Positions 26,176-39,242 of a stretch of 64,000 nt of DNA are shown in pieces (position 1 is the first letter of the stretch; every line of letters begins with the position of its first letter). Source of the stretch: Cetorhinus maximus. Its lineage: Eukaryota. The position numbers were made by a program, and so were the translations under genes. The stretch is from positions 22,940,001 to 23,004,000 of the forward strand of contig NC_135901.1 of the NCBI RefSeq assembly GCF_964194155.1. Reading direction: 5' to 3'. Under the pieces are notes generated by a model. It saw only the letters and a program-made list of their open reading frames with translations. It had not been told where the DNA came from and made no database searches.

Positions 26176-26942
26176 AATTGAAAGGAACCTCATTTTGAAT
26201 TCGTAAGATGATATGTACTTTGCCTTGTGTCTGTTTAAAGTCTATGAGTTGTTCTTGCCTTGGTGAAGATTTACCTGGGAGTGATTAATTTAGGGATTTG
26301 TTTAAAAATTATGGTAGTAATTTGTAGACATGTATATGTGTTTAATTTCTTGTTAAATGAATAAACGTTTAAGTTAGTTTAGATTAAAAAAAACCTTTTA
26401 AGACTGTGGTTTTATTTCTGAATTCAGAGCTGCATCTCAAAACATACCAATTGAAAATATAGGTTTTGACAGTTGTTCAAGTTTCTATCTGGGATTTAAA
26501 CAACTCAGCCTTTACCAACTGCTGTGTCATAACATCGCTGCAGTACTACATTACACGACTAGAATAATAAATATACTTCAGTACAGAAGCATAAATAATA
26601 TATCCAATATGTACAATATTACTAGACATATCTATGTTGTTACGATCCCCTTAAAATAAACAAATTCCCAGACAACCCTCAACGGAATAAATCGAAGGAC
26701 AAGATTAACTTTTAAAACTTATACTGTAACAATCAAACTAAAATCAACAAAAATGAAGCATGCATTAAAAGACAAATATTATTTGAATAGACAGGATAAA
26801 TTTGACTTTAAACAGTTTATACAATAAAAAACAGGCTCCACAAAATCACAAACATTTCCCCCCTCAGCATATTTGGCACTAATTCCAGTTACAGAGTCCC
26901 ACAGCTCTCTGTATTTCCCAGGTGAGGGAAAGAAAGTGTTTA

Positions 26943-27615
26943 ACTCACAGATGTTAGACAGAGGAGGAAGTTTTAGTGTCTGTGTGAAGTTAATAACAAA
27001 CGCTGTGCTGTTTAAAAGCAAACTTTGGAGAAAATGAGGGGAAGATATATAGTAAACTCCCCCCCTCCCCCCAACTCCTTCAGCTGGCAGCCCAGCGCGC
27101 ATGCGCAGAAAGCGCTGCTGACCGTGTTGTCCAGAGCAGGCGCAGTGCTCTCGATCTTCTTTTGGGCCGCCGTAGACAGCAGCCATGGCCGTGGGGATTC
27201 ACCAAGTGGGGTTCGCTCCGCGGCTTCTCGCTCTGGCCGGAGCCGCCAGCTGGTTGCCTGGAAACCTTGGCTCGAGAAGGTGCAGGAGGAGGCGGGGGGG
27301 TGGGGACAATGGGTGGGGGTGGCTCACGTGTCCGCGCGCCTGGCCTGCAGCCTGGAACCCGAGTACGTCACCGCGGAGCATAGCGATTCCTATTGGCTGA
27401 TTCAGGCAATGTTCCATTGTGGACATCACAATGCGGAAGTTGGACAATGAGCTTCAGACTGAAACTTCCTCCTCTGGGCAACATCTGTGAGGAAATCAGT
27501 GTTTCCCCCTTTCTATTTCTTGTCTAATTCTGGGATTAAATTGTTGACTTGCAGGAACTGAAGGAAATTAAATGAATCCAGGGAGGATGCAGACTCTGGA
27601 AAGGTTGCCCCAGGC
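26943..27615. promoter_or_regulatory. Bidirectional CpG promoter and first exons (units 5 and 6)
   Basis: gcgcatgcgc at 27097-27106, attgg, acgtca; donors at 26943-26948 (-) and 27487-27492 (+); acceptor ttgcag near 27554. Confidence 0.7.
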
Positions 27616-27629
27616 CTCTCAATGAAAGG

Positions 27630-27754
27630 TTGAAGAGTCTTACGCACTCGAAACGTTAACTGTGTTCCTCTCCGCAGATGCTGTCAGACCTGCTGAGTTT
27701 TTCCAGGTATTTTTATTTTTGTTTTGGATTTCCAGCATCCGCAGTTTTTTGCTT
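27630..27754 (+). mobile_element. Short Penelope-end remnant with 14-bp TSD
   Basis: TSD ctctcaatgaaagg at 27616-27629 and 27755-27768. Confidence 0.8.
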
Positions 27755-28259
27755 CTCTCAATGAAAGGGGTGGTTTGTCCAGGAGTTGGCTGGTATTTAA
27801 TGAGACAGTACAGTAATATAGACATTGAGTATTGCTGTAAAAAGAGAGATTCTGTCGAAGCTTTTCATTTGCACGCATCAGAATAGATGCGAGAATGTCA
27901 AATTTCAAAGGGAACAATAATTCATATTGTAAAACAGTGAGCTGATTGTTTTGCAAGTGTACTCAGGTTAAGTTGTTGCTTTGGGGTATGCACCAGGGAA
28001 CAATCATGGCTAGCTTTAATTTAAATTCAGAAAATCCGAGTCAAATCTGGTTGGTTGAGAGATCCACTGGGCGAAACGACAAGGAATGGTTGTCCATGTA
28101 GCTTTTGCTTAATTGAAAAGGCACAATGCCTAGACAAATTCATTTTCCCGGCTGACGACCAGGCCCAATAAAAGATTATCAGTTGAGCTCACAATGAGGC
28201 TCACTTACACTTGCTAGAAGCTCCTTTTATCCCTATTTCAAGTCTGGTCCACTGCAGAC

Positions 28260-28862
28260 AAAGGAATTTTTTAGGAAGTCTTACTATAGCTGCACAGAAC
28301 ATTGTTGAGGCCGCACGTTGAGTATTCTGTACAATTTTGGACTCCGTCCTTAAGGAGGGATATAATGGCTTGGAAGCCATTTGTAGTAGGTTCACTAGGC
28401 TGATTCCTGGGATGAAGGATTGTCATCTGAGAAATGCTGAGCAGGTTGAGCCTTAACTCATTGGAGTTTAGAAGAACAAGAGGTGATCTTATTGAAACAA
28501 ATGGCATTCTGAGGGAGCTGGACAGAGTAGGTACTGGGAGAATATTCCCTCTCATGGGGAAATCTAGAACAAGGGGACACAGTTTTAAAAAAGGGGTCTC
28601 CTATTTAAGACGGAGATGAGGAGGAATTTATTCTCTCAGAGGAACATTAGCCTTTGGAATTCTCTTCCACAGAGAGCAGTGGAGGCGGGTCATTAAATAT
28701 ATTCAAGGCCGAGTTAGACAGATTTTTGATCGACAAGGGAGTCAATGGTTATAGTGGACAGGCAGGAAAGTACAGTTAAGGCCACATCAGATCAAACATG
28801 ATCTTATTGAATGGCGGAACAGGCTTGATGGTATGAATGGCCTAGTGCTGTTCCCATTTCTT
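28260..28862 (+). mobile_element. CR1 3' fragment
   Basis: LEFRRTRGDLIET...SRTRGHS; CR1 tail. Confidence 0.8.
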
Positions 28863-29452
28863 ATAATCTCCGTGTCCAGGACAGGAAGCAGTGAACATGA
28901 ATCTGTCGATCAGCTTGAATCGGCACCTTTAGGAAAATTGGGAGGGTGTATAGTTGGTACAGCGGAATGAGGATGTAGGGAAAGTGTGCGGGATGGAGAT
29001 TTAGAGATTTTGGGGAATGAAAGAGGAAAGAATGTTCCATCAAAATTACAATAGCCTGTTCTGAATTTCTCCCCTGTACTGACAGCAATGACTTTTGTAA
29101 ACTCCTTTTACAGGACATTAGAGGGGGAGGATTTGCAAACGGAAATCTCAAACCAAACGTCACGTCAACAGTCACTCGGTTCATCACAATGTGAGTATCA
29201 TCGGCCTTAGAATCTAGGAGAACTGTTTGTTCTGTCTGCTTCAAAAGGTTATAAACATCAGTGTGACTGGAAAAGCATCGAGACACACAGGCCCGAGTGA
29301 GAGTGTTCCAGTGCACTGACTGTGGAGAAAGCTACACATTTTGACAAAAACATGAGACCATTAACAGTGGGGAGAGACTGTACACGTGTTCTGTTTGTAG
29401 AAGTGTTTTTAACTGATTGTTGAAACTGGAGAGACACAAGGACGCCCGCACA

Positions 29453-30463
29453 ATGGAGAAACCGTGGAAGTGTAGGGACTGTGGGAAAGGATTCCGGTCC
29501 CCGTCTGCACTGGAAAATCATCGACGCAGTCACACTGGGGAGAGACCATTCACCTGCTCTGTTTGTGGGAAGGGATTTACTCTCTCAGCCAACCTGCTGA
29601 CACATAAGCGAATTCACACCGGGGAGAGACCATTCATCTGCTCTGTTTGTGGGAAAGGATTCAGTGATTCATCTGCCCTGCAGGCACACCAGCGAATTCA
29701 CACTGGGGAGAGGCCATTCACCTGCTCTGACTGTGGGAAAGGATTCACTCAGTTATCCAGCCTGCTGATACACCAGCGACTTCATACCGGGGAGAGACCT
29801 TTCACCTGCTCTGAGTGTGGGAAGGGATTCAATCAGTCAGCTAACTTGCTGACACACCAACGGGTTCACACAGGGGAGAGGCCGTTCACCTGCTCCGAGT
29901 GCGGGAAGGGATTCACTCATTCATCCGCGTTGCGGAGACACCAGCGAATTCACACCGGGGAGAGACCGTTCACCTGCTCTGACTGTGGGAAGGCATTTAC
30001 TCAGTTATCCAGCCTGGTGACCCACCAGCGAATTCACACTGGGGAGAGACCGTTCACTTGCTCTGACTGTGGGAAGGGATTCATTCATTCATCTGCCCTG
30101 CAGACACATCAACGAGTTCACACCGGGGAGAGACCGTTCACCTGCTCTGAGTGTGGAATGGGATTCACTCAGTTATCCAGCCTGCTGAGACACCAGCGAG
30201 TTCACACCGGGGAGAGGCCATTCACTTGCTCTGACTGTGGGAAAAGATTCAGTGATTCATCCACCCTGCTGATGCACCAGCGAATTCATACTGGGGAGAG
30301 GCCATTCGTCTGCTGTAACTGTGGAAAGAGATTCAGACATTCATCCACCCTGCTGAAGCACCAGCAAGTTCATGCTGAGAAGAGGCCATTCACCTGCTCC
30401 ACTTGTGGGAAGGGATTCACTCAGTTATCCAGCCTGATGAGACACCAGCAAGTTCACAGATGA
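29453..30463 (+). CDS. C2H2 ZF unit 6, 12 intact fingers, no effector domain seen
   Basis: acaATGG start MEKPWKC; uninterrupted array; acceptor at 29112-29113; aataaa near 30726. Confidence 0.88.
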   Translation: MEKPWKCRDCGKGFRSPSALENHRRSHTGERPFTCSVCGKGFTLSANLLTHKRIHTGERPFICSVCGKGFSDSSALQAHQRIHTGERPFTCSDCGKGFTQLSSLLIHQRLHTGERPFTCSECGKGFNQSANLLTHQRVHTGERPFTCSECGKGFTHSSALRRHQRIHTGERPFTCSDCGKAFTQLSSLVTHQRIHTGERPFTCSDCGKGFIHSSALQTHQRVHTGERPFTCSECGMGFTQLSSLLRHQRVHTGERPFTCSDCGKRFSDSSTLLMHQRIHTGERPFVCCNCGKRFRHSSTLLKHQQVHAEKRPFTCSTCGKGFTQLSSLMRHQQVHR

Positions 30464-30749
30464 TTGCAGGGATTCTACTGTTATTGCTGTTGTTAATCAC
30501 ATCCAGGACTGAACCATGTTCATTCTGACTGTTGATGAAGTGGGAGGGTCAGAGGGTTTCTTTCCGCTGGGCTGGCTGGTCTCACGGCTTTGCTTCCAGT
30601 GAGCTGATGCTCTTTGAGCCTGGGAGTGCACATTCCCACTGAAATGAGCCACAAAGCTGATTAAGTACATTTATTGTATCCTAAATAGTAAATAGTGTTT
30701 TTCCTACCACTGCAGATAGATCACAAATAAATACATTTGTCTCTGTTCC

Positions 30750-31240
30750 ATTGAGTCTACAGCACGGGGCCAGGCCAGTCGGCTCAATTGGTCTTTGTCA
30801 GTATTTATGCTCCACATGAGTCTCCACTTCATCTCCCCCCATCAGCATATCTTTCTATTCCTATATCCCTCGTGTATGTATCCAACCTCTGCTTAAATGT
30901 ATTCATGTTTTTCACCTCAACCACTCGCTGTGGTAGCAAGTTCCACATTCTCACCACTCGCTGGGTGAGGTTTGTCATGAAATCCCTATTGGATTATTGA
31001 ATCCCTTCATAATCTTAAAGACTTCCATCAGGTCATCCTCCAGTCTTCTCTCTTTTTTCTGAAAAGTGTCAGTGAAGAAAATGCTTTTGGTTCTGGTATT
31101 GTTCTTTTTCTAAATGGAGATCACTAATGTTGACAGTACTCCCAGTTAGTCTAACCATGGCTCGAAACAAGTTGAACATAAACTCCCTGCTTTCCAATTC
31201 TATCCCTCTATAATGGAACCCTATATATGGACCACACATT
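30750..31240 (-). mobile_element. Old CR1 tail shared in the 3' flank of ZF units
   Basis: Homologs at 37050-37585, 43885-44400, 48470-49000, 18940-19122 plus 21650-21762. Confidence 0.75.
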
Positions 31241-33101
31241 AAAGGAAAGATGTGAATTATTTGAGAGGCTGGAGACAGGATTTATGAGAACAGCACCAGG
31301 GATGAGGGACTTCAGTTAGTTGGAGAGACTGGAGTAGATGAAATTCCTCTCTTTAGATCATAGAATTATGCATTCGGCCCATCAATTGCATGCCAGCTCT
31401 CCAGAGTGAACCAGTTTGTTCCATTGCCCCGTTCCATCCTCACATCCCTATAGGTTTATTTGTCCACCCAATTATCTCTGCTTCTCTCTCCCTCATTGGA
31501 AGCAGATTCATGACCACCCACTTTAAATGCCCACGAGGCTCACAGAGCAAAGAGGGAGGCCATTATGCCCATCATGCTCATGCTGGCTCTTTGAAAAACA
31601 GCTCAACTAATCCAGTTGCCCTGCAGTTTTCTTTTCCTTTCAAGAATCTGTCCAGATCCCTTTTTAAAGATAGAAGTGAATCTGCTTCTCGCACCGTTTT
31701 CAGGCAGTGCATTCCAAATCACAACAACTTGCTGTGTTTTAAAACAAATAATTCAGGATATTGTGTGTTTGAAGTTTCACATAGTATTCAAAATGGTGGT
31801 TATTACACAAAATTAAGGTTCAATCTTTATCAATGATTTTGACGAGGGGATTGTGTGTAATATATTCAATTTTCTGGACAATTACAAAACAATACATTTC
31901 TATAGTACCTCTCAGGACCACAGGACCTCTTAAAGCGTTCTGCAGCCAATTAAGTAGTTTTGAAGTTTCATCATTGTTGTAATATATGAAACTATAGATA
32001 GGGCAGGGTAGTCAAATTTCATTTTAAAAATCAATCACTTTCATCCTGTATTCACTGTTATAAGTAACAAGGTCAAGGAAGCCATTTTAAACTCTTAACA
32101 TGTGGCTTCTTGAAATCTTTGTACATTGTACAACTTTTCTTTATTAAATACGTTTTGGTTTTGTATTAATAGGCAGTCATGAACCAGATGATTATTCAGT
32201 AATGAACCTTGAATAAGATATCACTTAGTGAATCAATGTAATAGATAATTATATTATAAAGGGTGCATCTGCATTTTAAAAATGAACACCATATAAAGCT
32301 ATTTTTTCTAGAAACTGCAGAGCTAGCAGAAATTGTTTAAATAAATAAATAATTTTCTAATTTTGATAAGCTATAGGACATCATATTCTGCCAAAATCCA
32401 GTTTATCAAGATTAGTAAAAAAGAAAGCTATTGTTTTCCATAAACTGTTGTTTTGAACCACTGTATCTTGTATTCACCAAATGTATTAATTAAATATTAC
32501 TGTATTAATTAACTATTAGTAGCAGATGTTTAAGTAGTGAGCCTTAATTGATTTACAATTAATGAATCAATAATGAATCAGTAGTTATAATAAAGGACTG
32601 AGTTTTATTCACTGTAAAGATGTGAAACCTTCATTGCTGTGTATGTAGAGAATGTGCAATGAAGATAAATGTACTGGCAAGAGAGACCTTCAAGCTCTGA
32701 TTTGCCTCAAAATTTGAAACTGTCTGAAAACCTGTCTGATTGTATAGAATCAGATAAGGGATAGTATGAAACAGTTCCATTGTATTCCTGTCGATGATAA
32801 TGAGAGGAGGTTATGTAAGTAATTGTGAATACAATTAATCTAGTAACTAAATTGACCAATTGTCATGTTACAACAAACCCCACTCTGATGTGAGGTAATG
32901 GTCACTTTGGGGATAAAAGTAGAGGTTCCAAAGGTCCTCCTTGCTAGCCAAGTACTGAAGATTCCCAAGGCTGAGTTCCAAGGAAATTACTGTCAAAGAA
33001 GGAGCCAGAGAGGGTGACGCTTCTACAGACTGATCACCCACATGAAGTTGTAAAAGTTAATGCCTTAAAATTGTTAAGTAAACCTTTATCTCATAAAGTA
33101 T

Positions 33102-33416
33102 GGGGGAGGCAATGGTGTAGTGGTATTGTCGCTGGACTGGTAATCCAGAGACCCAGGGTAATGCTTTGGGGACCAGGGTTTGAATCCCACCATGGCAGAT
33201 GATGGAATTTGAATTCACTAGGAATCTGAGATTAAAAGGCTGATGATGACTCATGAAACCATTGTCAGGGAAGGAAATCTGCTGCCCTCACCTGGACTGG
33301 CCTACATATGACTCCAGACTCTTAAATGCCCCTCTGAACAAGGGCAATTAGGGATGGGCAGTAAATGCTGGCCTAGCCAGCAATGCCCACATCCCGTGAA
33401 TGAATTAAAAAAAAAC
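33102..33416 (+). mobile_element. SINE family A copy
   Basis: Same head and tail as 8895-9366; absent from the mirror arm near 46650. Confidence 0.75.
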
Positions 33417-33559
33417 ACTTCTCTTTTTAAGTTTACTATCCAGAGAAGTCTGCCTTTGCCTTAACTGGTTAAAATCATGTTCGGACCAAAGTCAATTTAT
33501 TAAGTGGCAAGCTGAAATCAATTAAGTTACAGATCGCAAGATATAAATCTTAAATTTAA

Positions 33560-34020
33560 GATATTACATTTATATAGCGTCTTTCACAACCACAGTACAT
33601 CACAAAACACTTTGCAGCCAATGAACTACTTTTGAAGTGTAGTCACTGTTGTAAAGTTGGAAACATGGCAGCCAGTTTACACACTGCAAGATCCCACAAA
33701 CATCAATGTGATGATGAGCAGATGATCTGTTTTTAGTGATGTTGATTGATAAATATTGGCCGGGCACCTGGGATAGCTCCCCTGCTCTTCGAAATATTGG
33801 CCGTGGGAACTTCCATCTCTGCCCAAAGGGGCAGACAGGGCCCTTGAGTTAGCAACTCATCCAAAGGGCAGCAGCTCCAACAGTGCAGCAATCCCTCAGT
33901 GCTCACACTTGGAATGTTGACTTTGATTTTTTCCTCAGGTCCCTGGAGTGAGTCTTCAACCCTCAGCCTTTTAACACAGAGATATGAGTGTGATCCACTA
34001 AGTCATGGCTGACACTATCG
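33560..34020 (-). mobile_element. Deu-domain SINE (SacSINE1/AmnSINE-like)
   Basis: Minus strand tgctgcactgttggagctgctgccctttggatgag...ctgtctgccc; tail acttcaaaagtagttcattggctg. Confidence 0.7.
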
Positions 34021-36584
34021 ACAATACAAAGTTAGAAAGGGAAAGTTATCCTTTGAAATCCCCACATTTGCCTCTAGTGCCTAAATCTAATAATCAAAAC
34101 TCCAGTATAAATAGCATGTATTTGACTGACAAATGTTACAGTGTTGGCTTACAGCCACAAATTTTGAGCTCCCATTTGAGCCTCTGGCTCCTTTCTGTCT
34201 CTATTGCTCATGTCAATGATGGAGCTGAGGGCTGAATTTAGCTGAGAATAACAGGGTCTGCGTCGCAGTTCAGAAACTGCCATGGGTGTTGATTAATAGG
34301 AAGATGCTGGAAGGCTGACTGGGAAGTGGGCCTCCAACCAATTGAGGAAGGAGTGGGGGTGCTACCGGGGCTGATGGTGACGTGACCCCTGGGGTTCAGT
34401 TCCCCTGTGTCCAACGCAGGGAGTCATGGGAACAGCTTACAGAGGAGCTGAAGTGAAACCATTTGGGTCCAGAACGTTGTGCACATCCTTTTACTCTGGT
34501 TGTCTTTGATCCTTAAGTAATTTTCTTTTTAACCATGTTCTGTTTCATTAATAAACTTTTATCAGAAAAAATATTTGATTTTGCTGGGCTTTACATGATT
34601 AGATTTATGCACTTTAGGGAGAGTGGCAGGCTCTTTAACAGAAAATGAGTCCCTCTAAGGTAAGGGAGCCACAGGGGGAGATGAGATTTTGTTTTTGACA
34701 CAGCGATGTTACAAAATGGGGTTCAGGGAGTTAATTAACCTTTTGTCCCCCTTTCCCAAACTCTTAAATGATTCACAGTGATAACAATTATTGGTGATAG
34801 TGGCTAGATATTATTGAAATAAGAGCTGACACTTGCTCATGTCTGAGCAGTAGTATCAAAGTGCAGCAGCATTACCATTACACTCTGGATAAAAGCACCA
34901 TCTCCACGTAAATGCTCCCTGGTCTGTCCCAACTGCTATGGCACCAGTCAATGTAATTTGTAAAACCTCTACAAATCCCTGTGCTCGGGGAATCACTTCT
35001 TTTACTTTTATACATTGCGAAGTCTATGGAGACTGATTTAACCCAATCATTGCCAAGCTAATATTTGATTGAACCAATTCTGGTTGAATTGAACCAATTA
35101 AAAATCTGTTATTGATCCATCTGTACCTGTCCAAGCCACGTCAAACTCTGAAACAATTGATTTCCCCACATTCCATCCCCGGTACAGGGACAGCATTCCC
35201 AGGCCAAGCAGTGAAAACATGGTGGCCTTCACACCCAGGTGTCGTCTAAGATTCAAGGCACTCTTGTTTTCTCTGTCCTCTGGGAGCTTGTTTGTCTCCC
35301 TGTTCCCACATAGAACCATAGAAAAGTTACAGCACAGAAGGAGGCCATTCGGCCTATCTTGTCCATGCCAGCCTGAGGACACCCAGCAATTAATTTCTTC
35401 TCAGTTCTGCTAGGCTTCTGCCAAAGTTTGGCCCCTTTTACAAATTTCAGATCAATAAAACATTTGGTCAATGAAGACCCAAACCACAATATCCCATCTT
35501 GTCACCTATCAACCATCCTTACTCAGAGCGTAATCACAACAGGAATAAAAACAGAAGCGTAAGAATAAAATTAAAAATAAATGCACAGCCAGTTATCGAA
35601 TTTATTTTATTGTTCGCTAATTAGCAAGAAAATCCCAAGCGGGGATCCCCCAGGATTCTTACAGCCCACATCTTGAGGGGGAGCAGTACTCTCTCTCTCT
35701 GACTCCCTCATTCAATTTCACTCCATTATTTTCCAGTTCTGTTCTGGCCCCATCTAGAGTAACATCTACTCGATCTTTTCTTCTCATGAAGGAGCTCCAT
35801 GAGCTCTATGGTACTGGTACATAAGGAATATCAAAGAGCATCAAGAAGCAACTTATCAAGCATGGAAGTCAAAGATTCTCCAGCTCTCTCTTTATCCCTA
35901 TACAACTTGTGGACAGTTCTTACTGAGTATTATTTCTCCTAAGCCCTTGGTTTTCCCAATCCAAAATTTTTATCCCTTTAATTTAATTCATCTTTTGAGC
36001 GTGACCAGTGTGCTTAATTCTATCCTGATTGTTTTAAAGTCAGTTTCTCCATGGAGTATGAGTCAGTGCCTTAATGATGTCAAAATGTTGTCTCATTTCC
36101 CTGGCCACATTAACCATTTCATGTCATGGTGTTTGTAAAGTAGCTGTCCATGTTTGGGACCCATTCTTCAGTGCCTTTCACCATGAATTTACATGTTAGT
36201 TGCTTCACATGTAACAAATTACATCTGTACACTCACATCGGTATTCCAATATCATGTCACATATTCTTAACTTTCAGGTGTTCTTATTAAAAGATGAAAG
36301 TGGGTGTTAATCTCAAGATCTTTGCTTATCTCCCCTGATATGGTGTTGATATTTTAGGTATTAGCCAGGCTATAAAATGTGGTTTTCTTTTGAAAAGAAC
36401 ATAAGCAAAGGATACAAACATTTCCAAGATAAAGCTATCAACTTGTTCATCTCATCGATACTTCCTTGACTTTCACTAGAATGTACGTGGATACCGGATT
36501 GATATATTCCATTGAACTACACCCAAAATGAGTAATTCCAATTCCTTTACTGTCCGGTACAATATTTTCATAATAAGACAGGTT

Positions 36585-36912
36585 TACATAAGGTGGACAA
36601 GGAAATGCTGTTTGCATTAGCTGATGGTACAAAGATGAGGGGATACGGGTTTAAGCTTTTTGGGAGGAGATGCAGGGGGATGTGAGGAAGAATATTTTTA
36701 CACAGTGAGTGGGAATGACCGGGAACTCACTGCTTGTAATGGCAGTGGAAACCGAGACAATGATGATTTCAAAAGGAAATTGGATGGACACTTGAGGGAA
36801 ATAAACATTCAGGGTAACAGGGATAGAACGGGGTAATGGGAATGACTAGTTTGCTCTGCATGGACTCGATGGGCTGAATGGCCTCCTTCTCTGCCCTAAT
36901 GACTCTATGATC
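36585..36912 (+). mobile_element. CR1 3' fragment
   Basis: Tail gggctgaatggcctccttc...gactctatga. Confidence 0.75.
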
Positions 36913-37814
36913 TAAAGACAGAAATTTCAGCTGTTCCTGTCTCTCTAACTAACTGAAGACCCTCATCTCTGGTGCATTCTCACGATTCTCCTCTGCGCCC
37001 TCTCGCATAATTTCACATCTTGTCTCAAGTGCGGGGCTCAGATGTAGGGTTCCTTTCTAGAGGGATGGAATTGAAAAGCAGAGAGGTTGTGTTCAACTTG
37101 TTTCGAACCATGGTTAGACTACACTGGGAGGACTGTTAACATTTTTGATGTCCATTTAGAAAAGGGAAATAGAGACACTAGAGAAGTGGCAACAAATATT
37201 CACAAGATTAATACCAGAACTGAGAGCATTTCAACCCTCGGGAAAGTCTGGGGCTGCTTTTCCCTAGAAAAGAGAAGACTGAAGGGTAACCTGATGGGAG
37301 TCTTTAAGATTATGAAGAAGTTCAATAATCCAATAGGGATTTCATGAGAAACCTCTTTATCCAGTGAGTGGTGAAAATGTGGAACCCGCTATCACAGTGA
37401 GTGGCTGAGGTGAATAGCATGAATACATTTAAGAGGAAGCTAGATACAAACAAGAGGGAGAAAGGAATAGAAGGATATGCTGATGGGGGAGATGAAGAGG
37501 GGTGGGTGGAGGCTCATGTGGAGCACAAATACTGACATAGACCAATGGAGCCGACTGGTCTAGCCCTGTGCTACAGACTCAATGGGAAAAAAAACAAATG
37601 TATTTATTTTAGATCTACCTGTAGTGGTAGGAACAACACTATTTACTATCCAGGATAAAATAAATGTACTTCATCAGCTTTTATGGATCATTTCAGTGGA
37701 AATGTGCTCTCCCACATTCAAAGAGCATCAGCCCTCTGGAAGCAAAGTCATGAGACTGACCAGTCCAGTAGAAAGAAACCCTCTGACCCTCCCAACTTTC
37801 ATAATGAACATGGT

Positions 37815-38711
37815 TCAGTTCTGGATGTGATTAACAGCAGCAATAGCAGCAGGATCCAACCTCTGTAAGCATTGGTGAGCTCGCTGGTGTCTCAGCAGGT
37901 GTTGTGACTGTGTGAATCCCTTCCCACACTCGGAGCAAATGAATGGCTTCTCCCCACTGTGAACTCGCTGGTGTGTCACCAGGTTGGATAACCGAGTGAA
38001 TCCCTTCCCACACTGAGAGCAGGGGAACGGCCTCTCCCCAGTGTGAACTCGCTGGTGTGAAAACAGGTTGGATGAATCACTGAATCCCTTCCCACACACA
38101 GAGCAGGTGAACGGTCTCTCCCCAGTGTGAATTCGCTGGTGTGTTTGCAGGCTGGATGACTGAGTAAATCCCTTCCCACACACAAAGCACATGAACGGCC
38201 TCTCCCCAGTGTGAACCCGCTGGTGTGAAAATAGGTTGGATGAATCACTGAATCCCTTCCCACACACAGAGCAGGTGAATGGCCTCTCCGCAGTGTGAAC
38301 TCGCTGATGTGAATGCAGGTTGGATGACTGAGCAAATCCTTTCCCACAAATGGAGCAAGTGAACGGTCTCTCCCCAGTGTGAACTCGCTGGTGTGTCTGC
38401 AGGGTGGATGAATCACTGAAACCCTTCTCACACAAGGAGCAGGTGAACGGCCTCTCCCCAGTGTGAACTCGCTGGTGTATCAGCAGGTGAGATGACTGAG
38501 TGAATCTCTTCCCACACTCAGAGCAGGTGAATGGCCTCTCCCCAGTGTGAACTCGCTGATGTGTTAGCAGTGTGGATAATCGTGTGAATCCCTTCCCACA
38601 CTCGGAGCAGGTGAACGGCCTCTCCACAGTGTGACTACGTCGATGAATTTCCAGCATAGACGGGGAACGGAATCCTTTCCCACAATCCCCACATTTCCAC
38701 GGTTTCTCCAT
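37815..38711 (-). CDS. C2H2 ZF unit 7, 10 intact fingers plus short C-terminal extension
   Basis: accATGG MEKPWKC; intact ORF; acceptor near 38969; AATAAA on minus near 37601-37606. Confidence 0.88.
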   Translation of the reverse strand: MEKPWKCGDCGKGFRSPSMLEIHRRSHTVERPFTCSECGKGFTRLSTLLTHQRVHTGERPFTCSECGKRFTQSSHLLIHQRVHTGERPFTCSLCEKGFSDSSTLQTHQRVHTGERPFTCSICGKGFAQSSNLHSHQRVHTAERPFTCSVCGKGFSDSSNLFSHQRVHTGERPFMCFVCGKGFTQSSSLQTHQRIHTGERPFTCSVCGKGFSDSSNLFSHQRVHTGERPFPCSQCGKGFTRLSNLVTHQRVHSGEKPFICSECGKGFTQSQHLLRHQRAHQCLQRLDPAAIAAVNHIQN

Positions 38712-39242
38712 GGTGCAGGTGTCCTTGTGTTTCTTCAGGTTATTCCACAGTCGTACACTGGAAAATTCTCACTTGGGTGTGTGTGTCTCGATGCTTTTCC
38801 AGTCACACAGATGTTTAAAACATTTTGAAGCTGACAGAGCAGACAAACATTTCTCCTTCTAGATTCAAAGGCTGATGATATTCAGCTCCCATGAATTGAG
38901 TGACTGCCAGATCTTGACATGACTTTTGTGTTGAGATTTCTGTCTGAAAATCCTCCTCTTCTAATATCCTGTAAAAGGAGTTCACACATGTCATTAGTAC
39001 AGAATAAAAATTCAGAACAGACAATTCTAATTTCTATGGAACATTCTTCCCTCCTTTGCTCCAGAATGTGTAAATCTCCATCCCACACACTCTCCCTCCC
39101 TTCTAGCTCTGCTGTACCTAAAATGCATCCTCCCAATTCTCCTGAATGTGGCAATTCATGCTGATTGACAGTTCCACACTCACTGCTTCCTGTCCAGGAC
39201 ATTGAGACATGAAAATCTATCACTGGACTGAAAATGTGTGCA

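Noticed and set aside
26779-27450. GC-rich ORFs over CpG islands (also 5422-5899, 12385-13087, 52064-52689, 62393-62851) as an effector exon
   Set aside because: Frames and starts are not preserved between paralogs; no recognisable domain
29264-29416. Conserved UGA codons as selenocysteine or read-through sites
   Set aside because: Leaders also contain UAA stops and frameshifts; no SECIS recognised; inheritance of CpG-derived stops is simpler
37976-38431. Alternative-frame and antisense ORFs over ZF arrays ([10 protein letters not shown]..., MWEGIH...)
   Set aside because: Shadow frames of the 84-bp finger repeat
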